Source: Longimicrobiales bacterium
GTDB taxonomy: Bacteria; Gemmatimonadota; Gemmatimonadetes; Longimicrobiales; Gaopeijiaceae
Direction of reading: 5' to 3'
Length of the DNA: 64,000 bases
NCBI GenBank assembly: GCA_965197725.1
Contig: CBDANQ010000058.1
Coordinates: 84,496 to 148,495, forward strand
Every line of letters starts with the position of its first letter. Position 1 is the stretch's first letter. A program made the translations under genes and the position numbers. The notes beneath the pieces are model-generated. The model saw only the letters and a list, made by a program, of their open reading frames with translations, ran no database searches and was not told where the DNA came from. This document shows, piece after piece, positions 26,718 to 37,094 of this stretch.

Positions 26718-29236
26718 GACTCTCTCCCTTGCTCTTGCCCTTGCTCCTGGTCGTCTCCCGCTTCCGACGTCACGACCCGCGGTCGGGTCATCTGGAACGC
26801 GCCGCTCTTCACCACACCCATGATGAGGGACGAAATGTGGTAATCGTTCGCTTCCGCTTCCCTGGCGATCGCCCGAATGGTCGGCTGATCGTAGTACTCG
26901 ACCCGCCGCCCCACGGCGTATGCCATGAGATTAGTGGTGAAGTTTCTCACTAGGAGAGTCGGCCGCTTTAGCATCACACTCGACAGTTCCTGCAGATTCG
27001 ATATCGGCGTCCCGTCGTAGTAGTCGCCGCGGGTGTCCAACGGCATCCCGTTCTCCCGGATCCGCCATTCGCCCGTGACACCGAAGTTGTCGAGCGCGAG
27101 CCCAATGGGATCCATGAACTGGTGACACGCCATACAGGTCGGGTTCGCGCGGTGCATCTCCATCCGTTCCCGCGTCGTCAGCATGCGTCCGTCCTGCGTG
27201 CCCTCTGTTTCCTCCAGGGCCGGTATGTTAGGCGGCGGCGGCGGCGGCGGCGTGCCGAGCAGAACCTCCATGACCCACTTCCCACGCAGCACGGGCGAGG
27301 TCCGGTTGCCCATAGACGTCAGCAGCAGGACGCTGCCCTGGCCCAACAACCCTCTGCGCGTGTCATTCGGGTACTCGACCCGCCGAAACGACTCCCCTAC
27401 CACGCCCGGAATCCCGTAGTGCCTGGCGAGCCGCTCGTTCACGAACGTGTAGTCCGCACGGTAGAGCTCGAGTACGCTCCGGTCCCCGCGGACGAGGTCG
27501 TAGAAGAACAGCTCCGTCTCCCGCCGCATATCATCGGCGAGCTGCTCGTTGAAATTCGGGAACCAGTACGCGTGCGGTTCGACCTTGTCCATGTCCTGCA
27601 TCCGCAGCCAGGAGACGGCGAAACGGGTGGCCAGCGCTTCCGAGCGGGGATCCTCGAGCATCCGTCGCACCTGCTGCTCGAGCACCTCGCCAGTCGAGAG
27701 CCTGCCTTCGTTGGCGATCTGGACGAGCTCGTCGTCTGGCGACCTACCCCAGAGGAAGAACGACAGGCGTGACGCCAGGTCCGCATCGTTGAGCTGATAG
27801 GCCTCCCCCGCCCGGACATCCTCCGGCGCGCTCTCCATGCGGAAGATGAAGTGGGGGCTCACCAACATCGCCTCAAGGGCCGTTCTAACCCCGATTTCGA
27901 ACCCCCCCTCGTCCGCACCAATGTCATAGAAGGACAGCAAGCCACCGATATCCGCGTCGGTGAGCGAGCGCCGGTACGCCCGCCTCGCCAGCCGGGAGAT
28001 GATTTCCTCCGCGCACGGCCGCGCTTCGGCGGGAGACGTCGGACGGCAGGTGAAGATCGCCTGACGGACGGCTGTCCCCGACCCCGCCCCCCTGGAGTTG
28101 TACGGTCCCAGAATAGTTAGCGACCTCATGTGCGGCAGCAGCGTGACCCCATAACCGACGGGGTGCCTGGTGCCCGCCAGTGACCACTCATGCGGCTGAA
28201 GCACATCGTCGTACACCCCATCGCTTTGCCGGGTGAACGCAGCCGCCACCCGGTGGTCGCCCGCCCGCACAAAGATCGGCTCCAGCCTCATCACCCAGTT
28301 GGGCCCAAAATCGGCATCCCTATCCAGCACCTCGACTTGCAGCAGAGCTACCCGCTCACCATTGATGGAGAGATCAAGATCCTCGAACCTCGCCACGTCC
28401 CCACCCCAGAACGCCATCTCGAAAACGTACTCGCCATCCGCGGGGAAATGCTGGTCCACCACGATCCCGCCTCGCGTCCCGTAGGGCGCGCCCTCCACAT
28501 AGTCCCACGGATGCTGCGACTGGTACGGCGACACAGTGTGCGTTTTTGACGTCGACGCCGGGTTGCGATGGCCCACGGCCAGCCGGCTGACCTCGTTGGC
28601 CGCGGTTAGGTAGGCCTCGAGCAGCTCAGCCGATAGCGTCTGGGCGTTCGCCATGTTGTCGAAGTTCGCCAGATACGTGTCGAGTGGCAGCCACTCTGAC
28701 GGGTCCACGTCCAGACCCAGAAGGTCACTGATCACCCTCTGGTATTCGGCCCGATTGAGCCTCTGGAAGGACCGGCTGCCGGGATTCGGATCGGCGGCCG
28801 CCGCCTCGTCGACCGTCCGCTCCAGCGTCTCCACCAGGGTCTGCAGCGTGTCCCCACCCGGTCGCCGCCTGCCCGGCGGAGGCATCATGCCCGCGCGCAG
28901 CTTGGTGATCGCCTTTTCCACCGTCTCCGCCATACGCGGCGCCTGCGCCACGTCGAACCCCTCGAGCGACAGGTTGCCCGTCAGCCTCCTGTCGTTGTGG
29001 CAAACGACGCAGTAGCGCTCGATCACGGCGTTGAGGTCCTCGCGCAATACGTCGGGCGCCTCCACGGCTCCGACCCGTGAGTCCCGGTCCGCTGCGAGGG
29101 CGCCGGCGAGCATGGCGTTGTGGGCCAGCGGCGCTCGCTCGTTCAACTCCGAGCCGCCGCCTCTGGCCTCAAGTCCGAGCACGACGGCCATGCCAGCGAG
29201 CCCGATGCATAATATGACGTTGACGTGAAGTCTCAC
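26714..29236 (-). CDS. DUF1592/DUF1588/DUF1595-type protein with two c-type haem motifs
   Basis: CVVCH and CMACH; RLNRAEY, SPHFIFR, LASRLSFFLW, TSPVLRGKWV, MDPIGLALDNF; GTG start inferred. Confidence 0.9.
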   Translation of the reverse strand: MRLHVNVILCIGLAGMAVVLGLEARGGGSELNERAPLAHNAMLAGALAADRDSRVGAVEAPDVLREDLNAVIERYCVVCHNDRRLTGNLSLEGFDVAQAPRMAETVEKAITKLRAGMMPPPGRRRPGGDTLQTLVETLERTVDEAAAADPNPGSRSFQRLNRAEYQRVISDLLGLDVDPSEWLPLDTYLANFDNMANAQTLSAELLEAYLTAANEVSRLAVGHRNPASTSKTHTVSPYQSQHPWDYVEGAPYGTRGGIVVDQHFPADGEYVFEMAFWGGDVARFEDLDLSINGERVALLQVEVLDRDADFGPNWVMRLEPIFVRAGDHRVAAAFTRQSDGVYDDVLQPHEWSLAGTRHPVGYGVTLLPHMRSLTILGPYNSRGAGSGTAVRQAIFTCRPTSPAEARPCAEEIISRLARRAYRRSLTDADIGGLLSFYDIGADEGGFEIGVRTALEAMLVSPHFIFRMESAPEDVRAGEAYQLNDADLASRLSFFLWGRSPDDELVQIANEGRLSTGEVLEQQVRRMLEDPRSEALATRFAVSWLRMQDMDKVEPHAYWFPNFNEQLADDMRRETELFFYDLVRGDRSVLELYRADYTFVNERLARHYGIPGVVGESFRRVEYPNDTRRGLLGQGSVLLLTSMGNRTSPVLRGKWVMEVLLGTPPPPPPPNIPALEETEGTQDGRMLTTRERMEMHRANPTCMACHQFMDPIGLALDNFGVTGEWRIRENGMPLDTRGDYYDGTPISNLQELSSVMLKRPTLLVRNFTTNLMAYAVGRRVEYYDQPTIRAIAREAEANDYHISSLIMGVVKSGAFQMTRPRVVTSEAGDDQEQGQEQGRES

Positions 29237-29459
29237 TGGCTCTACCTTACTGCTTGAACGGACGGACGGTCGCGGAAATGCTCGCGCCTTGTGCCACACC
29301 CCACCTCATTCCGTGGCCGAAATTAGTACCGTGCGGAGTTGACTCGCAAGAACGGCCCGAAACTGTCCGAGTAGCTCAGCCGGAGGAAGAAGTCACCGAG
29401 CTCCTGGGACGGGTGAAGTCGGCACGGGGCTGCCGGGGGGCTGGACCAGAGAGACGGCG

Positions 29460-29492
29460 GAGGTTCGGCGGTCAAACGGACCGCCGAACCTC
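29460..29492 (-). terminator. Hairpin downstream of the ankyrin gene
   Basis: GAGGTTCGGCGGTC-AAACG-GACCGCCGAACCTC, 14-bp stem, no U tract. Confidence 0.55.
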
Positions 29493-29502
29493 TAGGCCTG
29501 GC

Positions 29503-31215
29503 TCAGCAGGTCACGCATTTGTGGTTCCTTTTGCCGCCCATCTCCTCGAGAAGCGCAACAGCCGGAAGAAATGGCGACAGCCGCTGAATGGGGCTGTTGG
29601 CCATGTCGACGGTGGTGTGTCCGCTTCTAGACATCACGGTCACGTCCGCTCCCTGATCGACCAGGTACTGGATCACTCGAGTGTCTCCCCTGGACGCGGC
29701 GTGGTGGAGCGCGGTGAATCCGTTGTGGTCCCTAACGTTCACGTCAAAACCGAATTCCTCCACGAGGTACTTGACCGCGGGCAACCAGCCTCCAGGCACG
29801 TGCCGGTGGTTGTTCCCGGCCCAGCCTTCCCCGTAGCCGGCACCCGAGGCGGCGTGCAGCGCTGTCAGCGATGGCGCACCGACCGGAACCGGCGGCAGGC
29901 CGGAGTAATCCGTACCAACATCATATGCGTACACGCCTTGGCTGTTGTAACGTACCACGGGCTTCACCGTCCGCAGCGCCGGGTCCGCTCCGTAGGACAC
30001 CAGGAGCTTCATGGCCTTGACGTCAGTCGCGTACGCGGCACGCCAGAAGGGAGTCGCCCCCATCGGGTCCACCAACCGGGTTTGGCTATACTCCTCGTAC
30101 CACAACTTCTTCGTCAGCCGGACGTTAGGGTCGGCGCCCGCCTTGAGGAACGCCTCCATGTATTCCAGATACCCCACCTTCTGGTAGACGTGATCCGTGG
30201 GATGCGGATATTGTGAATTGGGGGCCCACTGCAGCTCCAGCGCACCGTAGAGCGGGGTGGACCCCGCGTCGCTGGCCAACGCCGGATCCGCGCCGCGCTC
30301 GAGCAGGAGCAGCCCCAGATCCCAGTGCCCGTTGAGCGTCGCGATCAAGAGAGGGCTGGTGTGGTCCGCGCTCACCTGATTCACGTCGGCGCCCGCCTCG
30401 AGCAGCGCCAGCGCCGATTCCACGTGGCCCTGCCGGGCTGCATGGAGGAGAGCCGTCATGCCGCCCTTGACGCCATGAAGATCCGCGAAGGTAAGGGGCC
30501 TAACCTCCTTCTCAGCATCACGGTCCTCCCGCTCATCCTGCTGACGATAATCCCTCCGGGCCGCCTTCCCGAGGCTGGCCAACATATCGTTGCGTTGTTG
30601 ACGGGCCTCCGCATCCTCCCGAGCAACGGCAACGACGTCGACGATCTCGGTGGTGATCGCAGCGTCGGCTCCCCGCTCGAGCAGCACGTTCAACGACGCC
30701 CGACGATTACGCGACGCCGCGAACATCAGCGGCGTCTGTCCCGCCACGGATTCCCGGGCATCGACGTCGGCGCCACGGTCGAGAAGGACCGCCACGGCGC
30801 CCCCGCTGCCCGAGAGACCCGCGAGGTGCAGCGGAGTCACCCCCAACGTCGATCTGGCGTTCGCGTCACTCCCGGCTTCGAGAAGCGCCCGCATCACGGG
30901 CACGTTGCCGGCCTTGCTGGCCACGTGGAGGGGCGTGTGGGCACCGTTCCGGGTCACCGCATGCAAGGCGGCCCCGGCGTAGATCAGGATCTTCGCCATC
31001 TCGGCGTCGCCCTTCATCCCCGCCCAGTGCAGCGCCGTGAGACCATCACCCTGCGCCGTGTTGACGTCGGCCCCACTACGCACGAGCGAGCGTACCGCCT
31101 CCGTGTCTCCCCGCATAGCTGCGTCGGCCACCGGCGCATCGGGACCCGTGGACGCCGACAGTAGCATCGCCACACACATGGTGCCCGCGATTTTCGAGTA
31201 GGTGCGCGTTGTCAT
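29503..31215 (-). CDS. Exported ankyrin-repeat protein with C-terminal NHxCxxC
   Basis: Paralog of 24870; TALHWAG, TPFWRAAYATD; ends RNHKCVTC. Confidence 0.9.
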   Translation of the reverse strand: MTTRTYSKIAGTMCVAMLLSASTGPDAPVADAAMRGDTEAVRSLVRSGADVNTAQGDGLTALHWAGMKGDAEMAKILIYAGAALHAVTRNGAHTPLHVASKAGNVPVMRALLEAGSDANARSTLGVTPLHLAGLSGSGGAVAVLLDRGADVDARESVAGQTPLMFAASRNRRASLNVLLERGADAAITTEIVDVVAVAREDAEARQQRNDMLASLGKAARRDYRQQDEREDRDAEKEVRPLTFADLHGVKGGMTALLHAARQGHVESALALLEAGADVNQVSADHTSPLLIATLNGHWDLGLLLLERGADPALASDAGSTPLYGALELQWAPNSQYPHPTDHVYQKVGYLEYMEAFLKAGADPNVRLTKKLWYEEYSQTRLVDPMGATPFWRAAYATDVKAMKLLVSYGADPALRTVKPVVRYNSQGVYAYDVGTDYSGLPPVPVGAPSLTALHAASGAGYGEGWAGNNHRHVPGGWLPAVKYLVEEFGFDVNVRDHNGFTALHHAASRGDTRVIQYLVDQGADVTVMSRSGHTTVDMANSPIQRLSPFLPAVALLEEMGGKRNHKCVTC

Positions 31216-31236
31216 TTTTTCTCCCTTACCCACACG

Positions 31237-32673
31237 TCAACGTCGCGTAGCATCGTCGAGAGTTTGAGTGGCCATGCGTGTTTGGGGAACCGAGAACGAG
31301 AAGCCGCCCACGCTGTCACCGAAGCTCTTCATGTCGTCTAATCCCAATCCTTGCATCAGGCTGAGCATCACGTTCGCCATCGGCGTGCCTTCCTTCGCCT
31401 TGATGTGGACGCCGCCCTCCAGCAAGCCGTTCGCTCCCCCCACCAAGAAGAGGGGGCAGCGCCTGTGGTTGTGAACGTTGCTGTCGGACATGGGCGAACC
31501 GTACATAATCAGGGTCTTGTCCAGGAGATTGGCATCACCCTCCATCGTGTCCTTCAGCCTGTCGAAGAGGTGCGTGAGCGTGCCGACGTGGTGCTTGTTG
31601 ATCGCCGCCAGGTCCACCAGGATTTCCTCATTGTCGCCGTGGTGAGACGCCGCGTGGAACGGTCGGTCCGTCCCGCTCCCCGGGTATACGCGGTTCGAGG
31701 CGTCGCGCCCCATCTTGAACGTGAAGACCCGAGTCATGTCCGTCTCGAAGGCAACAGCCTGCAGGTCGAACATCAGCTTCACGTGCTCCTCGAAGGAGTC
31801 GGGCACACCGGCCGGAGCTTCGGGGATCTCCCTCGCCTCGCCGCTGGTGTTGTGCTCAACGATGTTCTCGATCCGGCGCTCGATTTCGCGGACGTTCTCG
31901 AGATATCGGTCCATTCTCTGCCGGTCGGTCACGCCCAGGGTCTTATTCAGCCCGTCCACCTCACCCTTGATCCAATCGAGGAGGCTGACGTCGGTCCGCA
32001 GGCGGGTCTCACGCTCTTCGGCGCTGGAGCCCGCTCCGAAGATCTGCTCGAAGGCGATGCGTGGATCCCGGATCATGGGAAGCGGCCGCTCGGGTGTCTC
32101 CCAACTGATGCTATCCGTGTATATGCACGAATATCCGTACATGCATCCGCCGGACTGAGCGACGTTTTCTATGCACAGCTGCATCGACGGGATCGGCGTA
32201 TCCTGTCCGAATCGGTCGGCGTAGATCTGGTCTAGCGACTTCCCTACGAAGACGTCCGAGCCCTCCGTGCGCTTCGGGTGGGACTGGGTCAGGAAGACGG
32301 AGCTGGCGCGGAAGTGGTCGCCCCCGATCTCCGGGGCAGCATACGCCTCCGCCATGCGGACGTCGGTGTCGCTAATGACGGTCAAGTAGTCCCGGTACGG
32401 CTCGAGAGGCGCCATGCTGCTGAGGCTGAGATCGAAGTCACGGCCCACACCTACCGGTTCCCACAAATGCATGTCTTTCGCCGACCTCGCGCACCCCGCG
32501 GCACCGTGAACCATCTCAATACATACCAGGCGGGTCTTGTCGAGCGCCTTCGCCGCCTCCCCCCACAGCCGTCCCGCGGGCAGCATGGCGTCGAGGAAGG
32601 GCAACGCCACCGTAGCCCCCATGCCGCGCATAAAGGTGCGGCGGGGAATGTGCTTGCCAGTGATCAAGTGCAT
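31237..32673 (-). CDS. DUF1552 (HXXSHH) family protein, probable Tat export
   Basis: IPRRTFMRGMGATVALPFLDAM twin-arginine leader; FHAASHHG; YGSPMSDSNVH. Confidence 0.9.
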   Translation of the reverse strand: MHLITGKHIPRRTFMRGMGATVALPFLDAMLPAGRLWGEAAKALDKTRLVCIEMVHGAAGCARSAKDMHLWEPVGVGRDFDLSLSSMAPLEPYRDYLTVISDTDVRMAEAYAAPEIGGDHFRASSVFLTQSHPKRTEGSDVFVGKSLDQIYADRFGQDTPIPSMQLCIENVAQSGGCMYGYSCIYTDSISWETPERPLPMIRDPRIAFEQIFGAGSSAEERETRLRTDVSLLDWIKGEVDGLNKTLGVTDRQRMDRYLENVREIERRIENIVEHNTSGEAREIPEAPAGVPDSFEEHVKLMFDLQAVAFETDMTRVFTFKMGRDASNRVYPGSGTDRPFHAASHHGDNEEILVDLAAINKHHVGTLTHLFDRLKDTMEGDANLLDKTLIMYGSPMSDSNVHNHRRCPLFLVGGANGLLEGGVHIKAKEGTPMANVMLSLMQGLGLDDMKSFGDSVGGFSFSVPQTRMATQTLDDATRR

Positions 32674-32732
32674 GGTTTTCTCCCTCGTTAAGCTTTAGCC
32701 CGCTGCGGCTATTTCAACTCTTATTCGTCTTC

Positions 32733-35261
32733 CTATTCGTCTTCTTCGGAGGCCGCGACGTCCGCTCTCTGCATCCGGAACGCGTTGCTCTTCACTACAC
32801 CCAGGATCACGGACGACATGCGGTAATCCTCGGCCTCAGCATTCTTCACGATGGCCCGGATCGCCGGCTTGTCGAAGGCTTGGATCCGTCGGCCAAGGGC
32901 ATACCTCATGAGGTTCTCAGTGAAGTTCCGCAGGATCTGCTCCTGAAAGCTGTCCAGAAGCGCGTCCCGCAGCTCTATCGAGCCCGTCATCTCGGTCCCG
33001 GTCCACAGCTTACCGCGCGTATCCAACGGGTTCCCCTCGTCCCTGACGCGCCACCGCCCGGTGATGCCAAAAGATTCCAGCGTAAGACCCAGGGGATCCA
33101 TGAACTGGTGGCAGGCGTTGCACGTCGGGTCGCTGCGATGCTTCTCCATTCGCTCCCGCACCGTGAGGACTCTGCCCGCCCCCTCGTCCACCGCATCCGT
33201 CGCGTCCAGGGGCGGGATGTTCTCCGGCGGAGGCGGGGGGTCGACGCCCAGGATCGTCCTCATGACCCACAACCCTCGAAGCACCGGTGAGGTCCGGTTG
33301 GCGAAGGACGTGAGCGCGAGGATGGCTCCCTTGCCCAACAATCCGTGCCGCCTCTCGTCGACGAGTTGCACACGCCTGAATTCCGGGCCCGCCACGCCCG
33401 AGATCCCGTAGTGCCGGGCGACGCGCTCGTTGAGATAGGTGTAGTCCGCCGTGAACAAGTCTAGCACGCTCCGATCTTCCTGGACGATGCCGTAGAAGAA
33501 CAGCTCGGTCTCGCGGCGCAGCCCATTTCGGAGCCGGTCATCCCACTCCGGATGCTTTCGAAGATCCGGAACCAGCCCGTTCAGGCCGTTGAGATTGAGC
33601 CACTGGGCGGCGAACCTCGTGGCGAGGGCCTCCGAGCGGGGGTCCTTCAGCATCCTCCACACCTGCCGCTCCGTCTCCTCGGGATCCGTCAGCTTCCCCT
33701 CACGGGCCAACGCCACCAACTCATCGTCCGGAGGCGTGCCCCACAGGAAGTACCCTAGGCGCGTGGCCATAGACATGTCGCTGATCGGATAGAGCTCGCC
33801 ATCATGGACCTCGCCCGGCTGCTTCACCCACCGGAAGATGAAGTGGGGGCTGGCCAGGATGCCCTGCAGGGCGACCCGGATCCCGGCCTCGAAGCCGCCG
33901 TCCCCGGCAGCCGTCTGGTAGATCGACATCAACCCTCGGAGATCATCGTCTGTGAGCGGCCTCCGGTACGCCTGGCTCCCCAGCCTGGAGATGATCTTCT
34001 CGGCGCAGGGCCGCGCTTCGCTCGGCTCGGTGGGCCGGCACGTGAAGACCCGGGCGCGGCTGGGGGTCTCGGAGACCCCCGTAACGTCGTAGGGACCGGC
34101 GATCCTAAGCTCCCCCAGGTGGGGAAGGATCGTCATCCCGCTCGAGCCAGCGATATCCGTGTCGGCCAGGCTCTGTTCGATCGCGGCGCTCACTTCCTCT
34201 ATCGGTCCTTCGAACGTCTGAGGGAAGGCCGCCGACACCCGCCTGGCCCCGGCGCGGACCGGGATGGAGTCCGTCTCCACCATCACGCCGTCGACGTCCG
34301 ATTCTCTCATCCAGCGGTCGATGTCCAGCAGCGCCACCCGCTCACCGTCGATCGAGATCTCGAGCTGCTGGTCCCTCGCGAGCCTGCCGAACATCTGGGT
34401 GCCTCCGTCCCAGACGAACGAGCCTCTGAAGACGTATTGGCCGTCGGCCGGAAAGTGGTGGACTACGGAGATGCCCCCGCGGGTTCCGTACGGCGCGCCC
34501 TCGGCCCGCTGCCATTGGGAGATCAACCGCGACACCGGGTACGACGCCTGCCTCGCGACCGCCCCTGGCTCGCCTACGGCTAGGCGGCTGACATGCGCAG
34601 CCGCGCGCATGTAGCCTTCCAGCAGCGTTCCGTACATGACCTGGACGTCCGCGATGTTGTCGAAGCCGTCGCTTATCGTCTCGCCCGGGAGGAGGGCTTC
34701 GGCGTCCACCTCGATCCCCAGGAGCGCGTGGATCGTGCGCTCGTACTCGGCTCGGTTCATCCTCAGGAGGAGTCGGGTGGCGACCGCCGGCTCGGCGTTG
34801 AACGCATCATCGATGGTCCTCTCCAGCGTCTCGACCAGGGCCAGCAGGGTATCAGCACTCGGCCGGCGCCTGCCCGGAGGAGGCATCATGCCCAGCCGCA
34901 GCTTCACGATCATCTTCTCGGCCTTCTCCGACATCTCCGGAGCCGCCTCAACCGAGAATTCCTCCAGCGACAGGTTACCCGTCATCTTCCGGTTGTCGTG
35001 GCACACCACGCAGTACCGCTTCACCACCTCAGTGAGTGTCTCGGCCGACGGGTCGGCCGCAGGAGGGCCGTCCCACCCGGCCGTGTGGGCCATCACGGGC
35101 GATCCGGCCGCGGTGGAGGCGTTCATGTGCCCGGGAGCGCCGGCCGTCGTGAGCGTGGCCACTCGCAACCCATCCTGCTGCGGGACACCGGTCTCGCCAG
35201 TCTGACCCACCAGCAGGAGCAGAATGCCCGATACGGCGGCACTGGCAGCGAGCGTTCTCAT
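32733..35261 (-). CDS. DUF1592-type protein with two c-type haem motifs
   Basis: CVVCH and CNACH; RMNRAEY, SPHFIFR, TSPVLRG; paralog of 26714. Confidence 0.9.
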   Translation of the reverse strand: MRTLAASAAVSGILLLLVGQTGETGVPQQDGLRVATLTTAGAPGHMNASTAAGSPVMAHTAGWDGPPAADPSAETLTEVVKRYCVVCHDNRKMTGNLSLEEFSVEAAPEMSEKAEKMIVKLRLGMMPPPGRRRPSADTLLALVETLERTIDDAFNAEPAVATRLLLRMNRAEYERTIHALLGIEVDAEALLPGETISDGFDNIADVQVMYGTLLEGYMRAAAHVSRLAVGEPGAVARQASYPVSRLISQWQRAEGAPYGTRGGISVVHHFPADGQYVFRGSFVWDGGTQMFGRLARDQQLEISIDGERVALLDIDRWMRESDVDGVMVETDSIPVRAGARRVSAAFPQTFEGPIEEVSAAIEQSLADTDIAGSSGMTILPHLGELRIAGPYDVTGVSETPSRARVFTCRPTEPSEARPCAEKIISRLGSQAYRRPLTDDDLRGLMSIYQTAAGDGGFEAGIRVALQGILASPHFIFRWVKQPGEVHDGELYPISDMSMATRLGYFLWGTPPDDELVALAREGKLTDPEETERQVWRMLKDPRSEALATRFAAQWLNLNGLNGLVPDLRKHPEWDDRLRNGLRRETELFFYGIVQEDRSVLDLFTADYTYLNERVARHYGISGVAGPEFRRVQLVDERRHGLLGKGAILALTSFANRTSPVLRGLWVMRTILGVDPPPPPENIPPLDATDAVDEGAGRVLTVRERMEKHRSDPTCNACHQFMDPLGLTLESFGITGRWRVRDEGNPLDTRGKLWTGTEMTGSIELRDALLDSFQEQILRNFTENLMRYALGRRIQAFDKPAIRAIVKNAEAEDYRMSSVILGVVKSNAFRMQRADVAASEEDE

Positions 35262-35439
35262 AACCGATCTCCCCTCATTTCTGGCCTCCTCATCACGCGC
35301 CATGCATGATGCCGGCAAATGCGTGTGCCACCTAGCAAAGATACAGCTCAACTGGTCAGGGTTCCAGCGAGCTCATCTAAGGTGCACTGCCCCAGGCTGA
35401 CGATAAATACCGTCCGCCCCCAAGCAACGCAAGTGACGG

Positions 35440-35459
35440 GTAGTGTCCTAGGACACTAC
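35440..35459. other. Perfect 20-bp palindrome
   Basis: GTAGTGTCCTAGGACACTAC. Confidence 0.9.
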
Positions 35460-37004
35460 TAATAAGGGCCGAAATAAGGGCCGAAATAAGGGCCGATTAC
35501 CCTGACAGCCGACTTCCCCACCCCTGTCCCTGGAGCACTCTATCGGGGATAATATTGTTCCAGCTGGCGGGTACTTCTCTAGCAGTCCGTGGAAGAAATA
35601 GGTTCCCAGCGGATGATGGGTGGGAGAGAAGGCAGACACGCGGGCGGGGGCTGTGTTGTTGTGCAAGAAGCGGGTTTTGGGGTCTGACGAGGCGATATTC
35701 GGCCCAAGGAAGGCGAAATAGCGCCGAATACGGCGGAAAAAGCGCGAGACGCGGGTTGTAACCTGAGTTGCGAGCGCAGCTTGTACGGTAGCGAGGCCCT
35801 GTAACGCACGGGGGGTTCCAACCCCGAACCGCTTGCGCATGAGAAGGCCGAGGTTGAAGGCCGCCGCGTGGATCAACATCCGTTTTCGAATCTCCTCCTG
35901 GCCCCGTATGTGGACGCGACGCAGCCCTCCGGTCACAAGCAAGTGCGCAAACCCCCGCTCCACCTTCTCGCCGCGCTGGCGCAGCAGCCGCATCCCCCGG
36001 TTGCCGCGGATCCGGCGGCGGTTGTCGTAGGTCGGCGTCTGCGCGTCCCGGTTGTTCTTCCATTTCCGGCGCCCGCGGTTGGGCTCGCTCACATAGCTGC
36101 GCAGCTCCCGCTCCTTCACGCCCGTCATGGTCTTGTTCGAGTGGTAGCCTTTGTCGGCCACCACTTCCTCGGGCTCTACCTGCACTACTTCCAGCTGCCG
36201 CTCTGCCTCGTCCAGCGTGTTGGGCAGCGACGCCACATCTCCCCCGTCCATCGTCTGCACCGTCACCGCCACAAGCGCACCGGTCTCCATGTCGACCGCC
36301 TGCTCCAACTTGTGCGCCAGGCGCGTCCTGCCGTCCTTCATCTTCGTGATCCGCGCCTCCGGGTCGTGCGGATGCACCCAGTCCTTGTTCGAGCCCTTCT
36401 TCGGACGCTTCCGGTCCAGCGTCGTCAGATCCTTGCGCGTCGGCGTCTCGATCCCCGACGCCCGGGCCACCTGCTCCAGCCATTCATCGTAGCCCAACCC
36501 GTCGTCGCGCCGCACGATCGTGCGCATCGCCGCATTCGCCTCCAGCGTCGTCGAGTCGACGCCCAGCGTCTTGCCGCTCAGCAACCCCGACCCCTTCAGC
36601 AGCTCCAGCACCCGCCCGAACACCGCCGCGTGCGCTTCCACGCTCAGGCGCTTGCGCGTCTTCGACAGGGTCGAATGCTCCGGCGGGTTCTTCGCCCACC
36701 CGTATCCCAGAAACTCACGCAACGACAACGAGTCCCCACACCGCCAGGCAATGCCCCGCTCCGAGCCGATCCCTTCCAGGTAGCCCACCATCATCATTCG
36801 GAAATACACCCCGGGGGCAATCCCCGGCCGACCCCGATTGTCCGCGTAGCACTCACGGCATGCCTCTTCCGCGAACTCGTCAAACCCGCTTTTCGCCAGA
36901 AGCTCGTTCAAGGCCCAGTAGAACGGGTTGTCCAAGGCCCGAATCTCGCTCGCCACCACGACCATCTCGCCCTGCCGAGCCTCGGGCCGCTTGCCTACCG
37001 CCAT
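35448..37004 (-). CDS. DDE transposase copy 2 with frameshifted C-terminal tail
   Basis: Matches copy 1 except F>V, R>W and F>C near the N-terminus, plus a 4-bp insertion that causes read-through beyond the IS end. Confidence 0.85.
   Translation of the reverse strand: MAVGKRPEARQGEMVVVASEIRALDNPFYWALNELLAKSGFDEFAEEACRECYADNRGRPGIAPGVYFRMMMVGYLEGIGSERGIAWRCGDSLSLREFLGYGWAKNPPEHSTLSKTRKRLSVEAHAAVFGRVLELLKGSGLLSGKTLGVDSTTLEANAAMRTIVRRDDGLGYDEWLEQVARASGIETPTRKDLTTLDRKRPKKGSNKDWVHPHDPEARITKMKDGRTRLAHKLEQAVDMETGALVAVTVQTMDGGDVASLPNTLDEAERQLEVVQVEPEEVVADKGYHSNKTMTGVKERELRSYVSEPNRGRRKWKNNRDAQTPTYDNRRRIRGNRGMRLLRQRGEKVERGFAHLLVTGGLRRVHIRGQEEIRKRMLIHAAAFNLGLLMRKRFGVGTPRALQGLATVQAALATQVTTRVSRFFRRIRRYFAFLGPNIASSDPKTRFLHNNTAPARVSAFSPTHHPLGTYFFHGLLEKYPPAGTILSPIECSRDRGGEVGCQGNRPLFRPLFRPLLVVS
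35461..35496. repeat. 12-bp tandem repeat x3
   Basis: AATAAGGGCCGA x3. Confidence 0.95.
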
Positions 37005-37081
37005 CGCCGTCCTCGCTGCAAAAACCCTCGTGTCCTCCTGATTTAACACAACAGCGATGACCGGACTTGATCCACGGTCTG
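35583..37081 (-). mobile_element. Insertion sequence (IS1182/IS5-like), copy 2, 1499 bp
   Basis: Same IRs as copy 1; CTAG duplication at 35579-35582 and 37082-37085; extra 4 bp near 35641. Confidence 0.95.
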
Positions 37082-37094
37082 CTAGGGGATGTCG

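Noticed and set aside
35315..35330. Sigma54 promoter TGGCAC...TTGC on the minus strand
   Set aside because: The GG-to-GC spacing is one base longer than the strict -24/-12 consensus
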